Origin: Rhina ancylostomus
Taxonomy: Eukaryota
Reading direction: 5' to 3'
Assembly: GCA_030265395.1 (NCBI GenBank)
Contig: JARFYF010000055.1
Span: 29,788,015 to 29,852,014, forward strand
DNA: 64,000 nt
In this document: positions 1 through 14,274 of the stretch, piece after piece
Layout of the letters: each line of letters begins with the position of its first letter
How positions within the stretch are numbered: the stretch's first letter is position 1
The notes under the pieces: model-generated
What the model was told of the DNA's origin: nothing
Databases searched by the model: none
Seen by the model: only the letters and a program-made list of their open reading frames with translations
Position numbers and translations under genes: made by a program

Positions 1-485
1 TTCGCCTTCTTCCCTCCCACCCTTTGTTTTCCCTCATTCTTGTGGCCCCCTCGCCCCTCATATTTCCCTTCTCCTACCATCATGAGCTGCCCATCACGTC
101 CCTCTGGTTCCCCACCTCCTTCCCTTTATTCTATGGTCTACTGTCCTCTCCCATCGCACTCCTTCTTCTTCAGCCCTTTGCCTCTTCCACCTATCACCTC
201 TCAGCTTCTCACATCACTCCCCTTCATCCCCTCCCCCCCCCCTCCGATCCTACCTGCCTTCCTTCCCCGTGTCACCTGGACTCACTTATCACCTGCCAGC
301 TTGTGTGCTCCTCCCCCCACATTATTCTGGCTGCTGCCCTCTTCCTTTCCAATCATGATGAAGGGTCTCGACCTGAAACATTGACTGTTTATTTTCCTCC
401 ATAGAAGCTGCCTGACCTGCCAAGTTCCTCCACTGTTTTGTGTGCGTTGCTCCAGATTCCAGCATCTGCAGGATCTCTTGTGTCC
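1..485 (+). mobile_element. Penelope-like repeat 3' part with degenerate hammerhead (350-387)
   Basis: Pyrimidine-rich tract, then caatc-ATGATGA-agggtctcgacct-GAAAC-att-gactg, then tail tgctccagattccagcatctgcag. Confidence 0.65.
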
Positions 486-1054
486 CTGCTCCAGAGCAAA
501 GAGCCATTTGAAGCAGTTTTGCCCAGCGTGCATGCAGTCTGCCATCTAATGGTCACTGTGCATCATTGCAGGTGAGAGAAGTGGATCCTGTCAATCTCGA
601 ACACTGATGATCCTTGTCCATCACAAGCCCCTTTTTGGTTATGATCCAAAGTGTCCATTCACCTGTCCCCTGATGCCACAATCAAATCCAGCTGCAGATC
701 AGGTTGCCAAATAATCCAGGTAATTAGTGGTGGTCAGGGCAGCATTTATGCTCATTTGTTTACTTTGGCGCTCAACACTTGTCACTTAAATTTCACTGGT
801 CATCATGCCTCAGGCTGCTGGTTCAGTCTCACAGTGAAATGGGTTCTGCACATTTGACAGTGTTGAATTTATGCACCTAGAAGAAAATTTCCGTCCCAGT
901 GTTTCTCTGTAACGTGACCAGTCTGCCTTTGCTTCACGTCTGTTGCTAAAACCTGATTTGAGCTGGACTCTCTGGCAGTTTAGCAACACGACCAGCGTAC
1001 CAGGGACTTTGGAGTAAATCCCAAATCATTGCAGGGCAACAGCACTGACCAATG

Positions 1055-2010
1055 CACCTATATACTCTACTCACTTTATATTCATGACTGTGTGGTCAGA
1101 TTCTGCTCTAACTCCATCCGCAAGTTTGCAGATGATACCACCGTGGTTAGCCGTATCTCAAATAACAATGAGTTGGAGTACAGGGAGGAGGCAGAGAGCT
1201 TAGTGACATAGTATCATGACAACAACTTTTCCCTCAATGTCAGCAAAACAAAAGAGCTGGTCATTGACTTCAGGAAAAGGGACAGTGTACATCAAAGGTG
1301 CTGAGGTCGAAAGGGTTGAGAGCTTTAAGTTCCTCGGAGTGAACATCACCAATAGCCTACCCCGGTCCAACCACATAGACGCCATAGCCAAGAAAGCTCA
1401 CCAGCACATCTGCTTCCCCAGGAGGATAAAGCAATTTGGCATGTCCCCTTTGACACTCACCAACTTTTATTGATGCATCACAGAAAGTATCCTATCTGGA
1501 TGCATCACGGCTTGGTACGACAACTGCTCTGCCCAGAACTGCAAGAAACTGCAGACAATTGTGGACACAGCCCAGTGCATCACGGAAAATCAGCCTCCCC
1601 TCCGAGGACTCTGTCTATACCTCTCGCTGCCTTGGTGAAGCAGCCAACATAACCAAAGACCCCACCCACCCGGGTCTTTCTCTCTTCTCTCCTCTCCCAT
1701 CAGGCAGAGGATACAGGAGCCTGAGGGCACACACCACCAGGCTCAAAGACAGCTTCTATCCCATGGTGATAAGACTATTGAATGGTTCCCTTATACAATG
1801 AGATGAACTCTTGACCTCACAATCTACCTTGTTTGACCTTGAACCTTATTGCCTACCTGCAATGCACTTCCCTGTAGCTGTGAAACTTTACTTTGTATTC
1901 TGTTATTGTTTTCACCCTGTAGTATCTCAGTGCACTGTGTAATGAATTGACCTGTATGATCGGTATGCGAGACAAGTTTTTCACTGTACTTCGGTACAAT
2001 AATAAACCAA
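1055..2010 (+). mobile_element. Non-LTR retrotransposon 3' fragment (Rex1/L2-like RT)
   Basis: KFADDTTVV, ERVESFKFLGVNIT and TTRLKDSFYP in broken frames, plus an aataaacc tail. Confidence 0.85.
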
Positions 2011-2324
2011 TACCCATACCTATCCACACCCTATGGCCCACTGATAAAAGTTCCTGAATGTGGGCCCAGCCGCATTTGTGTTACCTCCAGACCTACGGCA
2101 CAGATGTATCTGCTGAATTCATTGGCACAGGGGGCTGTCGAGGCCAAGTCATTGGATATACTTTTGATAGGGTCTTGATTGGTATGGGAGTTGAGGGTTA
2201 TGGAGAAAGGGCAGAAGAATGAGTTTGAGAAGAGAGAAACAAATGCCATAATTAAATGTAGGCACAGATTCGATGGGCCAAAGGGCCTAATTCTGCTCCT
2301 ATATCTTATGGTCTTATTGGTAAG

Positions 2325-2645
2325 TTGGCTTATTATTGTCAAATGTACTGAAGTACAGTAAAAAACTTTGTTTTCCATGCCATCCATACAGATCATTTCA
2401 TCACATCAGTACATCAAAATAGTACAAGGGAAAAGCAATAACAGAATAGGGAATAAATGTTACAGTTACAGAAGAAGTGCAGTGCAGGCAGACAATAAGG
2501 TGCAAGGCCACGACAAGAGAGATTGTGAGGTTAACAATTCATCTTATCTGTCAAGAGGTCTGTTCAATGGTCTTATAGCAGCAGGCCTGGTGGTACATGC
2601 TTTAAGGCTTTTGTATCGTCTGCCCAATGGGAGGTGGGAAAAGAG
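2325..2645 (-). mobile_element. 3' end of the same LINE family, inverted
   Basis: LPLGRRYKSLKACTTR motif and a 3' UTR similar to 1700-2010. Confidence 0.7.
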
Positions 2646-3659
2646 AGAATCTCTGCCCTGTGCTTGTGAAAGTATAACTGAAGGAGCACTTCTATGTTCT
2701 CTTGGACCACTGTTTTTGCTTCTGCTGGTCAATCATTTCCTTCATTATATCACATCGGTTTGGTCCACCTCATATTGCTAACAATGGTTTGTGAGACACC
2801 AAATGATTACAAGCAGGGCTAGCTGACCTTATCCTGATCTTCAGCAGGATGACTTTGCACTTCTGTCATTTTTAGCTGACAAAGTAAACGACAGCGTGGC
2901 TGCCTTTCTACATGTAAAGCGATGCCATCATCATTGTCAGAGGTTCATTTACTGATTATTTACCTCATTGTTCTATCAACAAGTCTGTCGCCTAAGAATG
3001 ATCATTCCTGCTCTGAACATTCACTCTTGAATCTTACCTTGCATTTCTTGTAGAACTAAGCAGAAGTGACCCTCCTTACTTAGAGTAATCGTAACTAGTA
3101 ATCTCAGATATTCATGAAAATGAAAATGTCAACTTTTTTTGTCTTCACTCACTGATATTAAACGAAAATGCTGGAANNNNNNNNNNNNNNNNNNNNNNNN
3201 NNNNNNNNNNNNNNNNNNNNNNNNNNNNNNNNNNNNNNNNNNNNNNNNNNNNNNNNNNNNNNNNNNNNNNNNNNNNNNNNNNNNNNNNNNNNNNNNNNNN
3301 NNNNNNNNNNNNNNNNNNNNNNNNNNNNNNNNNNNNNNNNNNNNNNNNNNNNNNNNNNNNNNNNNNNNNNNNNNNNNNNNNNNNNNNNNNNNNNNNNNNN
3401 NNNNNNNNNNNNNNNNNNNNNNNNNNNNNNNNNNNNNNNNNNNNNNNNNNNNNNNNNNNNNNNNNNNNNNNNNNNNNNNNNNNNNNNNNNNNNNNNNNNN
3501 NNNNNNNNNNNNNNNNNNNNNNNNNNNNNNNNNNNNNNNNNNNNNNNNNNNNNNNNNNNNNNNNNNNNNNNNNNNNNNNNNNNNNNNNNNNNNNNNNNNN
3601 NNNNNNNNTCAGGTGAAGTATGGAGGTATTATCTTTATACTGACACAGATGGAGGCCAT

Positions 3660-3925
3660 TTAGATAAGATCTCTTTATTAGACACATGTACTTCAAAAAA
3701 TCAGTGAAATGCATCTTTTGCGTAGAGTGTTCCGGGGGCAGCCCACAAGTGTCGCCACGCTTCCGGTGCCAACATAGCATGTCCACAACTTCCTAACCTG
3801 TACGTCTTTGGAATGTGGGAAGAAAGTGGAGCAACCGGAGGAAACCCACACAGACAAGGGGAGAACGTACAAACTCCTTACAGACAGCAGCCGGAATTGA
3901 ACCCAGGTCACTGGTGCTGTAATTG
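3660..3925 (-). mobile_element. Same SINE family, inverted
   Basis: Reverse complement of 18890-19155. Confidence 0.85.
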
Positions 3926-3959
3926 CATTATATTTGCCTCTTGGGTCCATACTGGCACC

Positions 3960-4258
3960 CAGAGGAGCAATCCCATTGGTCCCACTTCCCATCTCCTTAT
4001 TCCCCTGTTACCCTGTAACACATTCTCTGTCACACACATGCCCATCAACACCCCTTTGACTCTTTGTGCCAGTGACCTACACTACATGGTAATTTACAGT
4101 AGCCACAAACCTCTCAGCATGTCTTTGGGATGTGGAAGGAAACAGGAGCACCGGGGGGAAATCCATATGGTGAAGAACAGACAGCACTCAAGGTCAGGAT
4201 CAAACCCAGATCCATGGAGCTGTGAGGCAACAGCACTAACAGCTATGTTGCTGTGCCA
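3960..4258 (-). mobile_element. V-domain SINE (HE1-like)
   Basis: tRNA head and V-domain on the minus strand. Confidence 0.65.
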
Positions 4259-5999
4259 GGAAAGTTTGTCAGTGATAATTAAGCAAATGGAATGTTTCCC
4301 TTAACTAATTCCTCAGTGTGGCTTTGTCCCTGAGTGTTCATGAGCTAAGATGTTGAGCCCCTTGCATCTCCTGCCCAGACTACAGTATGCTTTAACGGTG
4401 GGGGGGGGAGCTTGTTTAGCTACAAACTGACTCAGCCAAACAAGGCCTTCTCATGTTAATGAGAGGCAAAGTCAAGCACAATGATGGTAATGGTAAGGAG
4501 GTGGTAGCAGTTCTTGCCAGCCCCTTGGAAACCCTTGCCAGCTCCACTCGGTCAAGCCCAGTCAAACATCTGTGGATGAAAAGACTCTGCCAACAGCTGC
4601 ATTAATAATAAAGCGATCAGCATATCACAGTGCAGCTACTGAGTGTTATATATTTAATAAGTGTATTTAGCATAGTCACTGAGCAATTATATTTCATTAT
4701 GATCAAATAGCACAATGGAGGACAATCTTCCAAAAGGATCGCTTACATACTTATCCTTGGAGTATTGTTTGTCGGACTTCAGCTGGTGTGACTAGATGGG
4801 AATTTGCCAGGCTAATACTGGAGCACATTTTTAAAGTTACAGTGTTCACAAGTGAACACTGGTTAACCAGTTTCATCCCAGGTTACAGTTTTCAACACTT
4901 GGTGTGTGTAAGAGAGAGGCAGGTATTGGAAGGGGGAGTACGTAGAAGAAAAGGGGAAGCTATTAGAGAGGGTAGAGTATGTACAGAAAGACTAGGATGT
5001 GCGAGGAGGGGGTCGGGAAGGGAGGGAAGTTAAGAGTCAATATACAATGTGCGTTTGTGGTCACACATAGACCAGACAATGTTTCCTTCCCAACATGACG
5101 TTGTTAATTCAGTAAGTTATTTGTGACAATCTAACAGACTGTTAGAGATACTTACTAACATCAGCTTCCTAGTTACAGATGTACTTTCAATCAGAATTTA
5201 ATTTTCCACATTATTATGAAGGAGTTTGAACCGGTGCTTCTGGGATTATTAGTCCAAGTCCATTGGATTGTTGATTTTTCCAGCATTTTCCATTTTCTGT
5301 TTTTATATCATGACAGCTCAGATTTTCTTATGCTACTTGTACTAGTCTATCCTGCTGGGCAGGTCCTACCATCTTACCATTAACAACTCAGTAACATAGA
5401 CCACGATGCCATTAAACTATTTCATCCCATCCTATCATAGGCATTCCCTTTGTTCTACACTCCCTTCCCCCACCTTCTATCATACTAATAACTGACTTGA
5501 ATTTCTCTCATTCTTTCTAAGATGTTGTCTGTTTCTTTTTACAGATGCTGCCTGACCTGCTGCGTTTTTCCAGCATTTTCTGGTTTTTGTATTATCGGTT
5601 CATCCTGATCTCCCATTTATAATTATGTTAACCCATCTGCTTCACCTGTGTCAGTGGAAAAAAAGTCTGATGTCCTTACTTGGTTTGGCCTATATGTGAC
5701 TCCAAACCAACAGCAACGTGGTAGACTCTCAACTGCTTCCTTGAAGAGGCAAGCAAGTTATAATAATCACAACATTATAGCACAGGTCAGCCAAGTGGCT
5801 TCACACCACCTGCTCAAGGGCAATTAGCAACAGGCAATAAATACTAACATTGTTAATGGCACCCAAATCCCCCAAAATGAATGGCAATAGCTTGCCCACT
5901 CTCTCAATATTCCTTCACCTTTACTTTTTCTGGAGACATCAAATTGGCTTAGTATAAAAAATAGAAGTCACCTTAAAGAAAGATAGTATTTAGACCAGG

Positions 6000-6375
6000 A
6001 AAGCAGCCAACATAATCAATGGCCTCTCCCACTCTGGTCATTCTCTCTTCTCCCCTTTCCCATTGGGCGGAAGATACAAAAGCTTGAGACCATGTACCAC
6101 CAGGCTCAAGGACAGCTTCTATCCTGCTGTCACAAGACTCCTGAATGGACCTCTTACATAATAAAGATGAACTCTTGATCTCTCAGTCTAGCTTGTCATG
6201 GTCCTTGCACTTTATTTGTCTACCTGCACTGCACTTTCTCTATAACTGTAACATTACATTCTGTATTTTTTTTTTCCTTTTGTACTACCTCAATGTACTT
6301 ATGTATGGAATGATCTGTCTGAATGGCAAACAAAAGCCTTTCATTATATCTCAGTACATGTGACAATAATAAGCC
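6000..6375 (+). mobile_element. 3' end of Rex1/L2-like LINE
   Basis: Near-colinear with 1640-2010. Confidence 0.8.
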
Positions 6376-6399
6376 AGCTACCAATTACTGTTTGTTCTA

Positions 6400-6745
6400 A
6401 TGATGGTGCAATGATGCAGCAGGTGGTACTGTTGCTGCACAGCTCCAGTGACTGGGGTTAAATCCTCACCTTGGGTGCTGTCTGTGTGCAGCATGTACAT
6501 TCTCCCTGTGACCATTTAGATTGGCCTGGGTGCCCTGGTTTCTTCCCATATCCCAAAGACACAATCATCTGCTAATTGGTTACTGTAATTTACTCCTTGC
6601 GTAGGGTGACAGGGGAATTTGGGGGAGTTGAGGGGCAGGTGAAAGAGAATAGGTTACAAGGAAATAAATGGTGTAATGGGACTGATGGGAATGTCTCAAA
6701 GCCAACATAGACTTGATCAGCTGAATGGTCTCCAGTGTTGCAAGA
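6400..6745 (+). mobile_element. V-domain SINE (HE1-like)
   Basis: tRNA head, ggtttcttcccatatcccaaagac and a CR1-like tail. Confidence 0.7.
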
Positions 6746-7774
6746 ATATATGAGAAGCATCCTTCCCAAGTAACATATTCCATATAGTAGCAAGATATAA
6801 TGGAGAACAAATACATCTACAATACTTTTGATAACACTGTAACTTCCTCCTGTGCATTCAATTCCATGGGTAATACCCAAATAGTAATCGTAACACCTGT
6901 TTTCTTGCCTCAGAGATGTTGCTCAGTTGCAAAGTGAAGGGAGAACCGAGCACAAAGTGAAAACCCTGACTTTCCCTGACCGCTTGTAAGGGTCTTGTGG
7001 ATTCTAGTATCCCCTTCTCAAATCTGGTTCATTCCTCGCTTCACTACTTACCAAAGGAGGAAACAAGTGAGATTAATTACAAAACCTCAATATGATCCCT
7101 TCGCCACACCCACCCCTTCTCCACCCCTAGTCATTCATATCCCAACCCAGATTGTTATAATCTTACTGTGCTCGTCTTTGCTTGGGTTAATTTTATTCTT
7201 TCCAATTCATCACACATTCCAATTACTTCACAAAGCCAAAAGAAAATGTCATGAATTGTTCTGAAATTATACATCTGCACCAGACAGAACATTATATTCT
7301 GTTTAAGGGGCTCATTAAAAAATACCACGTGACAATCTCGCAGTGAATAATGATTGTGTACCTCGGACACACACTCTCACATTTCTTTCAGTCTACTTGA
7401 TACCAGTGGTTTTTATTGTACCTCTAGTGCCTCCTCCCATCCCGATTCTCATAACACGGCAGATAAATTGTACGCTGCTACTCTCTTATCTCTACGGTGT
7501 CCGCCTTGTTTCATTTGATGGCACTTTTGCCTGTGAGTCATACGGTTTCAGGTTCATATTNNNNNNNNNNNNNNNNNNNNNNNNNNNNNNNNNNNNNNNN
7601 NNNNNNNNNNNNNNNNNNNNNNNNNNNNNNNNNNNNNNNNNNNNNNNNNNNNNNNNNNNNNNNNNNNNNNNNNNGTGTTCGTCAGTCTGACCCCGTGACC
7701 CACTCACTGCTTGTCGCCAAGTGCGGCAGGTCACATGACAAGCCCTCATGCATACTTCGTGTTTCACGTTTCGT

Positions 7775-8300
7775 ACATGAAAGTATCCAGACTGGTTACA
7801 TCATGGGCTGGTACGGCAATTCCAATGCAAGGAACGTAAGAAGCTGCAGAGAGTAGTGGATTCAGTGCAATACATCACAGGCAGATCCCTCACCACCAAC
7901 GAAAGTATCTACAGGAGGTGCTGCCTCAAGAAGACAACATTATCAAAGATCCCCACCATCGGGCAGGAGATACAGAAGCCTGAAGTCCCAACCACCAGGT
8001 TCAAGAACAGCTACTTCCCTTCAACCATTTGGTTCTTGAACCAACCGGCACAACCCTGATCACTACCTCAGTATAGTAACACTATGACCACTTTGCATTA
8101 CAATGGACTTTGTTTTTGTTCTTATTGTGTTCTTTCTTGTAAAATCTCTGTATAATTTATGTTTAATTTATGTTTTTCTTGTGAATACTGCTTACTTGAT
8201 GCGATGTTCCTGTGATGCTGCTGCAAGTAAGTTTTTCATTGCACCTGTGCACACATGGACTTGTACATATGACAGTAAACTCAATTTTGACTTTGACTTT
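7775..8300 (+). mobile_element. Rex1/L2-like LINE 3' fragment
   Basis: TTRFKNSYFPSTI motif and a (tttgac)n tail. Confidence 0.7.
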
Positions 8301-8634
8301 CTTTCACTTAACATAACAAGTAGAAGCAGGCATATTCTTTGCCCAGAATACCTCTGTGTTGTTAGTTGGCATCTTGGACAGACAATATGTGGGCAACATT
8401 CACTAGATTCACTCTCCCCTCCATTCCCGCCATTTCTGCACACCAATTCCCAGAGTCTCAGGCTGAGCCAGAGACCTGGGAAAGAGTTAGGGTCTCATGC
8501 AGCCAGAGGTCACTTGATCAGAGAAGTCTCAGTGGAGCTGACTCACTGAATGATGGGACTGGCCCAACAACGGAAAAGTATAGCGAATCAACCTCCAAGC
8601 AACTGGGAGAGGGACTGTCTTCAATAGCAACCAG

Positions 8635-9240
8635 GAAGTCAGAATACAGAGCATTCAACAGCTCAGTGCAGGAAAAGGCATTTTAGCCCACGAAATCTGT
8701 GCTGACCACGATGCCAAATTAAACTAATCCCATCTGCCTACACACGATCCACATCTGTCCGTTCCTTGCATTTTCATTTGTCTGTCTAAATGACTCTTAA
8801 ACGTCACTATTGTATCTCCTTCCATTACCTCCCAAAGCAGCACATTCTGGGCAGCAACCACTCTCTGTGTGAACCACTTGCCTTGTAAAGTTCCTGTAAA
8901 CTTTCCTCCTCTCACCTTATGCCCTCTAGTATTTGACATTTCCACCCTGGGAAAAAGACTCTGGCACTCTACTTGATCTATGCCTCTCATAATTTTATAA
9001 ACTTCCATCAGGTCACGCCTTGGCCTCCGACACTCCAGAGAAAACAATCCAAGTTTGTCCAACCTCTCCTTACAGCTAATACTCTCTAATCCAGGCAACA
9101 TCCTGGTGAACCTCTTCTGCATCGTCTCCAAAGCCTTCACATCCTTCCTGTAATGAGGCAACCAGAACTGCACGCAATACTCCAAGTGCGGCCTAAACAA
9201 ACTTTTATACAGCTGCGACATTACTTCCCAACTTTTATAC
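8635..9240 (-). mobile_element. CR1 LINE 3' fragment
   Basis: RPHLEYCVQFW, QKRFTRMLPGL, LGLFSLE and TRGH motifs. Confidence 0.9.
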
Positions 9241-12200
9241 TCTAGACTCCAGAAGGTGACTAACTAGCCTCTTTGCTAAACTGGCTAAAGAACGGAAACC
9301 ACGGTAAATCCCAGCAGTTACTCCTGCAACCACCATTCTGTAGTTCAGCAAACATGACCTAACATCCAGGCCGACAGCCAATGGGACAATGAAGGAGTTC
9401 TACATTGTTGGAAGCTTCACCTCAGGGATTAGATGTTGAATCACAGCCATCACTTAATTTTAAAGATGCGCATGAAGGAAAAAAGAAGTATTGTTCGAAG
9501 AAGAGCAGAGTAGTACTCTGTAGTAACCTTAACAATGTTGATTTTTCAATCAATACCTGAAGGATCTTTTAGCACTTCGCTGTTAGCAGTACCTTGCTGT
9601 GCACAATTTAACTCCTGCATTAAAATTTGCAAGTAATTCATTAGCTGTGCAAGGTTTTGTGACATCTTGGGTCCTGAAAGATGGTAGATAAAGGCTATCT
9701 TATCTCTAGTCTTTCAGGAGAAAGAATAGAGCCAGTAATACAAGATACACCAATGGTAAGAGAAGATCAGGTGAATCCAGAGGTGGGGAAGTGATGCCCA
9801 AGTTGTTCATATTTCCTTACAACAGAGGAGACAAATCCACCCACTGGGTCTCTCACAGCATCATCAATCCTGTTCTCACACTTATTTCCTTCTAACTTTT
9901 TCTCTCCCAGATACTCCTTCTCTTCTACCTCCTGTTCACCTACATAATTTACAGAAGCCAATTTACCTACCAATCTTCAGACCTTTGGGATGTGGGAGAA
10001 AATGGGAAAGTCTGGGGATAATCATGCAGTCACAAGGAGAATGTACAAATGCCTCACGGTAGCACCAGAGGTCAGGGCCGAATCCTGGTCACTGGAGCTG
10101 TGAGGCAGCAGCTCTACATGCTCCACACGTGCAGTGACTTCTGTGTAATGTTGGAGTTCAACTTGAACTCCAACAGTAACTGTAGCTTGCATTTATATGG
10201 CAGCTTCAATGTGGTAAAACATTACCTGCCTTTTCACAACAGCAAAGTCATATATGATTTGGCACACAAGGAGATATTATGAGAAGCAGTAAGTTTTAAA
10301 GGAGGAGTAACAGAGAATTAATTCAGTAATTAATGGTTTAGACAGTTGAAGGCATCCCTGCCAATGGTTGATAAAGAAAACTGGAGATGCACAAGAGACT
10401 AGCATTGATGAATACGTTTTTCAGAGTATTGTAGGCCCGGACGAGGTTCCACAGTTAGCATTTATACAAATAAATATTACAGGATAATAATACTTACTAC
10501 TGTTATTTGATGCAGTGTTGTTCAATCAATACTTAGTGCTGTAGTGCTCTCCAATAACTTCCTCAGTCTCATTCTGTAAGGCAGATAGTGGAACATTGGC
10601 AAGTTGTTCTGTTGAAGGGAGGTCAATGGATATGCTTCAGGAAAGCTCCTGGACTCTTCTTTCTCTAGCTCGGCTGGTGTTGCCACATGTAACAATAACT
10701 ACTGAGAGTCGAGCTTCAATGGACACAAGAACAAAAATTGAACCTGGGGCTTTTTACATTTGCAGAGCTCAGTGACAGTGTACCCTGTGCAACTCTGTAA
10801 AAATAAATCGACCATACTTGACAGATCATCTAAATATTGCAAGAATATCTCTGGCCAGCATTGCATTACCCACTGTGATCACCATGGTGACCAGATCTGG
10901 AATAAAAGTACAGTGGACAAGCCAGTTCTGACAAGTAAAAAGTAACCATGAATTATTGCAGGATTGACATGTTTCCTTGTCTCATGTCATTACTGTAGAT
11001 GCTTTTTCTAAATTGGTTCTTAGAACTTGCCCTTCACTCCTGTGCTTGTTTCCCTACTTTGTGCCAAGCCCGATAATGGCTCCATTTTAAACCTCTCATC
11101 CTTGTGCTGAAAGTCTCTCCACTGCCTTACCTCTCCTTGCCTTTGTCACCTCCGGTCCTCCAACCCTCCAAGGTCAGAGCACACCTGGCCACTAGCACTT
11201 CTCCAGTGCTCACTGACCCACCAGGTTCAAAAGGGGAATTGCAGTTCTTACCACAGGGCCTGAGCTCTGAAATTCCCCTTCTAACCTTTGAGGCTGCTTA
11301 AACCTGCCCTGGTCATGCCTCCTGTGGATGATTTAAAAACATCCCTTGCAAATCATTNNNNNNNNNNNNNNNNNNNNNNNNNNNNNNNNNNNNNNNNNNN
11401 NNNNNNNNNNNNNNNNNNNCCGTTCGCCCCCCCCCCCCCCCCCATACAACATACAGAATGTTGGTGAGCACTCCTTTCAATGGAGCGTGTCTTTGGCACC
11501 TGTATCCAGAGCAGTTGTGATACCAGCTGCGTTGTGGTGAGAATGAAAACCATTGAGAAACTTCAGGCACTGATATAAAAATAATGATTAGCAGGATAAG
11601 AATATGGTTGCCATTTAATGTTCACTAATTCCTTTTGATTAGGTTACAATGAACCACTTCCTTAAACAGCTCAGATCCATCTGGTGAAAGCTCTCCTATG
11701 GAGTTGCTTCTAAGGAATTCCTGCATTTTTAAAACAGAGACAACAAAAGAATGGAAATATATTTCCAATTCAGGATAGGATGTGACTTCAGGCTGATAGC
11801 GTTCCCTCTCTCTTTTCCCTTCTTGTTGACGGAGGTAATTAATTTGGGAAGTTTCATTCGGTTTATATTTTAACTGAAAATCAATGTCCTATTTAAGAGC
11901 TGTTCCTGCTGTCACAATCAACACATTTAAACACCCCAACTACACTCTATAAGTAAGATATTATGTTTATCTTTCAAATGTAGGAAGAAAATATGCTTGC
12001 AATTTTGTCCATATTAAGACAGTTAAAATAGTTAAATTATTAAAATGGCTTAATTTGCATGAATCACACAAATAATGGAAGATTAGTGCCAGTAATATTT
12101 AATATACAATTGATGACATTCAAAATATTGGGTCATATTGCAGGCAATAACATATTTTTAAGTGAATTCTTTACCAACTGCTGTTTGTTATTCTTATCTG

Positions 12201-13324
12201 ACAGAATTTCCATCAGCAATGGAGCAGAAACAGTGACACAGGGATATATTAATCCCCCCAGAAGTCATATTTCCTTATGAGTTTATTAAATCAATTTCTG
12301 TAATAAAAATGTAGAAACAGTAAAATTATTATTGGCCTTGTGCATCAGTGCACATTTGCTAGAATGGTAGACCTGAAATAATTATTGTAACTATATGAGT
12401 GAAACTGAATTAAATGTAATTCTCAAAACAATTCAAGTTTTAAAAAAAGCAAAATGCCATTCTAATTCAGTCCTTAACTGTTTCTGAGACCAGTGGAAAT
12501 AAAGAACTTGCGTTTTTGGGCACCTCTTGTGTCCTTGAGAACAAAGGGACATAATCTTAAAACAAGAGCCAGAGAAAAAAGCAGAAAACAATGGTCACAT
12601 AAAGCATCAGAGAAATTTCAGATCTCTTCCAATCCAAAAGTTCTAGGCGTTAGAACAACTGGAGCTTTGCAATCCAAGGCAGGTTATTTCTGTTAGGCCT
12701 CAAGGAATGTGGAGGTATGATGTAGATCAGCTGTGATCTAATTAAACAGCAGAAAAAGCCCAAGGTGATGAATGACCCATCCTCATCCCAAAGTGTTTCA
12801 GAGCCAATGAGTTACTGTTGAAGATTCACCCTTGTTTTGTGAGTAAATGTAAGATAAGATACCTTTATTAGTCATATGTACATTGAAACACACAGTGAAA
12901 TGCAGTGGCCGGAATTGAACCCTGGTCGCTGGCACTGTAATAGTGTCACGCTAACCGCTACAGTAGCAGCCAGTTTCACAAACAATGAAGTCCAAGAACA
13001 AAGCAATGAGGTTACCTAGAAATTACAGCAGAGAGTTAAGCCATTCACAACCCACTGATCAATCCCCAATCTTTGTGCACATCAGAACATAAAGAAGCAG
13101 GAGGAAGTCTTAAAGCCTGCTTCACCATTCATTAAACTCACAGATCAGCTCTATTTCGGCCTGATCTCTAAATCCACTCTCAGCCTCTTTATCAATCTCA
13201 GCTTTGAATGATTGAGCTTCACACTTGCCTCCTCTCACCCTACTTAACCTGAAACTATCAACATATCATTCTGTTCCTTCCCTCTCTTGCTTGTTTCTAA
13301 TTACCCCAAAGTTAAAAGTTAAAC

Positions 13325-13645
13325 CTGCTGCCTCAGAGTGCCAGTGATCTGGGTTCAATCCCGATCCCCGGTTGCTGTCCATGTGAAGTTTGCTCCTTCT
13401 CCCTCTGACGGCATGGGTTTTCTCTGGGAGCTCCTGTTTCCTCCCACACTTCAAGGACGTGCAAGCTAGTGGGTTAATTGGCCATCATAAATTGACCCTA
13501 GTGGTGCGATGGTCTGGGACGAGAATGTGCGGAGAATTAAAAATGGAAGTAATGTGGGGTTAATCTAAATGGGTGTTTGATGGTCAGTACAGACACGGTG
13601 AGATAATGGGCCTGTTTCTATGCTGTATCTCTCTATAACTCTGTG
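13325..13645 (+). mobile_element. V-domain SINE with CR1-type tail
   Basis: gggttcaatcc B-box, V-domain and the tail gggcctgtttctatgctgtatctct. Confidence 0.75.
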
Positions 13646-14274
13646 ACTCTTTGTTCAAATACATTCATAGATTAACGGTAAATTTCTTTTATTTGTTTAC
13701 CAAATATATCAAGAGATACAAACAATTACTTACTTAAGGCATTCAGAATATCCCAGCACCCAACAGGACAATCCCACTGTTCCCAACGTCCTTATTGATC
13801 TGTACCCTCTCCAATTTATTCTCTCTCATTTGCCCATCAACTGCCTTTTGATCATTTTGCCACTTTCCTACACTCGGGGTAACTTACAGTAGCAAATTAA
13901 CTTACCAGTACACATTTGGGATGCGGGACAAAACCAAGTACCTGAAGATCATCCCATGCAGTCACAATGAGAACGTGTAAACACAGACAGCAGCAAAGGT
14001 CAGGACTGAACCTGGGTCCATGGAAATGTGAGGCAGCAGTACAATCTTCAGCATAACCATGCCACTTTTTAACTGATAATCTTACTTAGTCACAGTAACG
14101 TGTGGTTCATGGAACAGTCGGCTAAAAATGGGCAAACCACCTGCTTCAGATAGACTGGTTGTTCTGAGCAGCTAAATTCTCACCACGGCCTGGGCTCTGA
14201 TGTATGATAATGCCATAAGTGGTATTGTAGCAATTCTGCCAATGGTAATACATCAAATCCTGGGAAAGGATTAC

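Noticed and set aside
3139-3786. Long ORFs across N-runs (also 28675-29442, 41030-41759, 49449-49916)
   Set aside because: Artefacts of assembly gaps translated as X.
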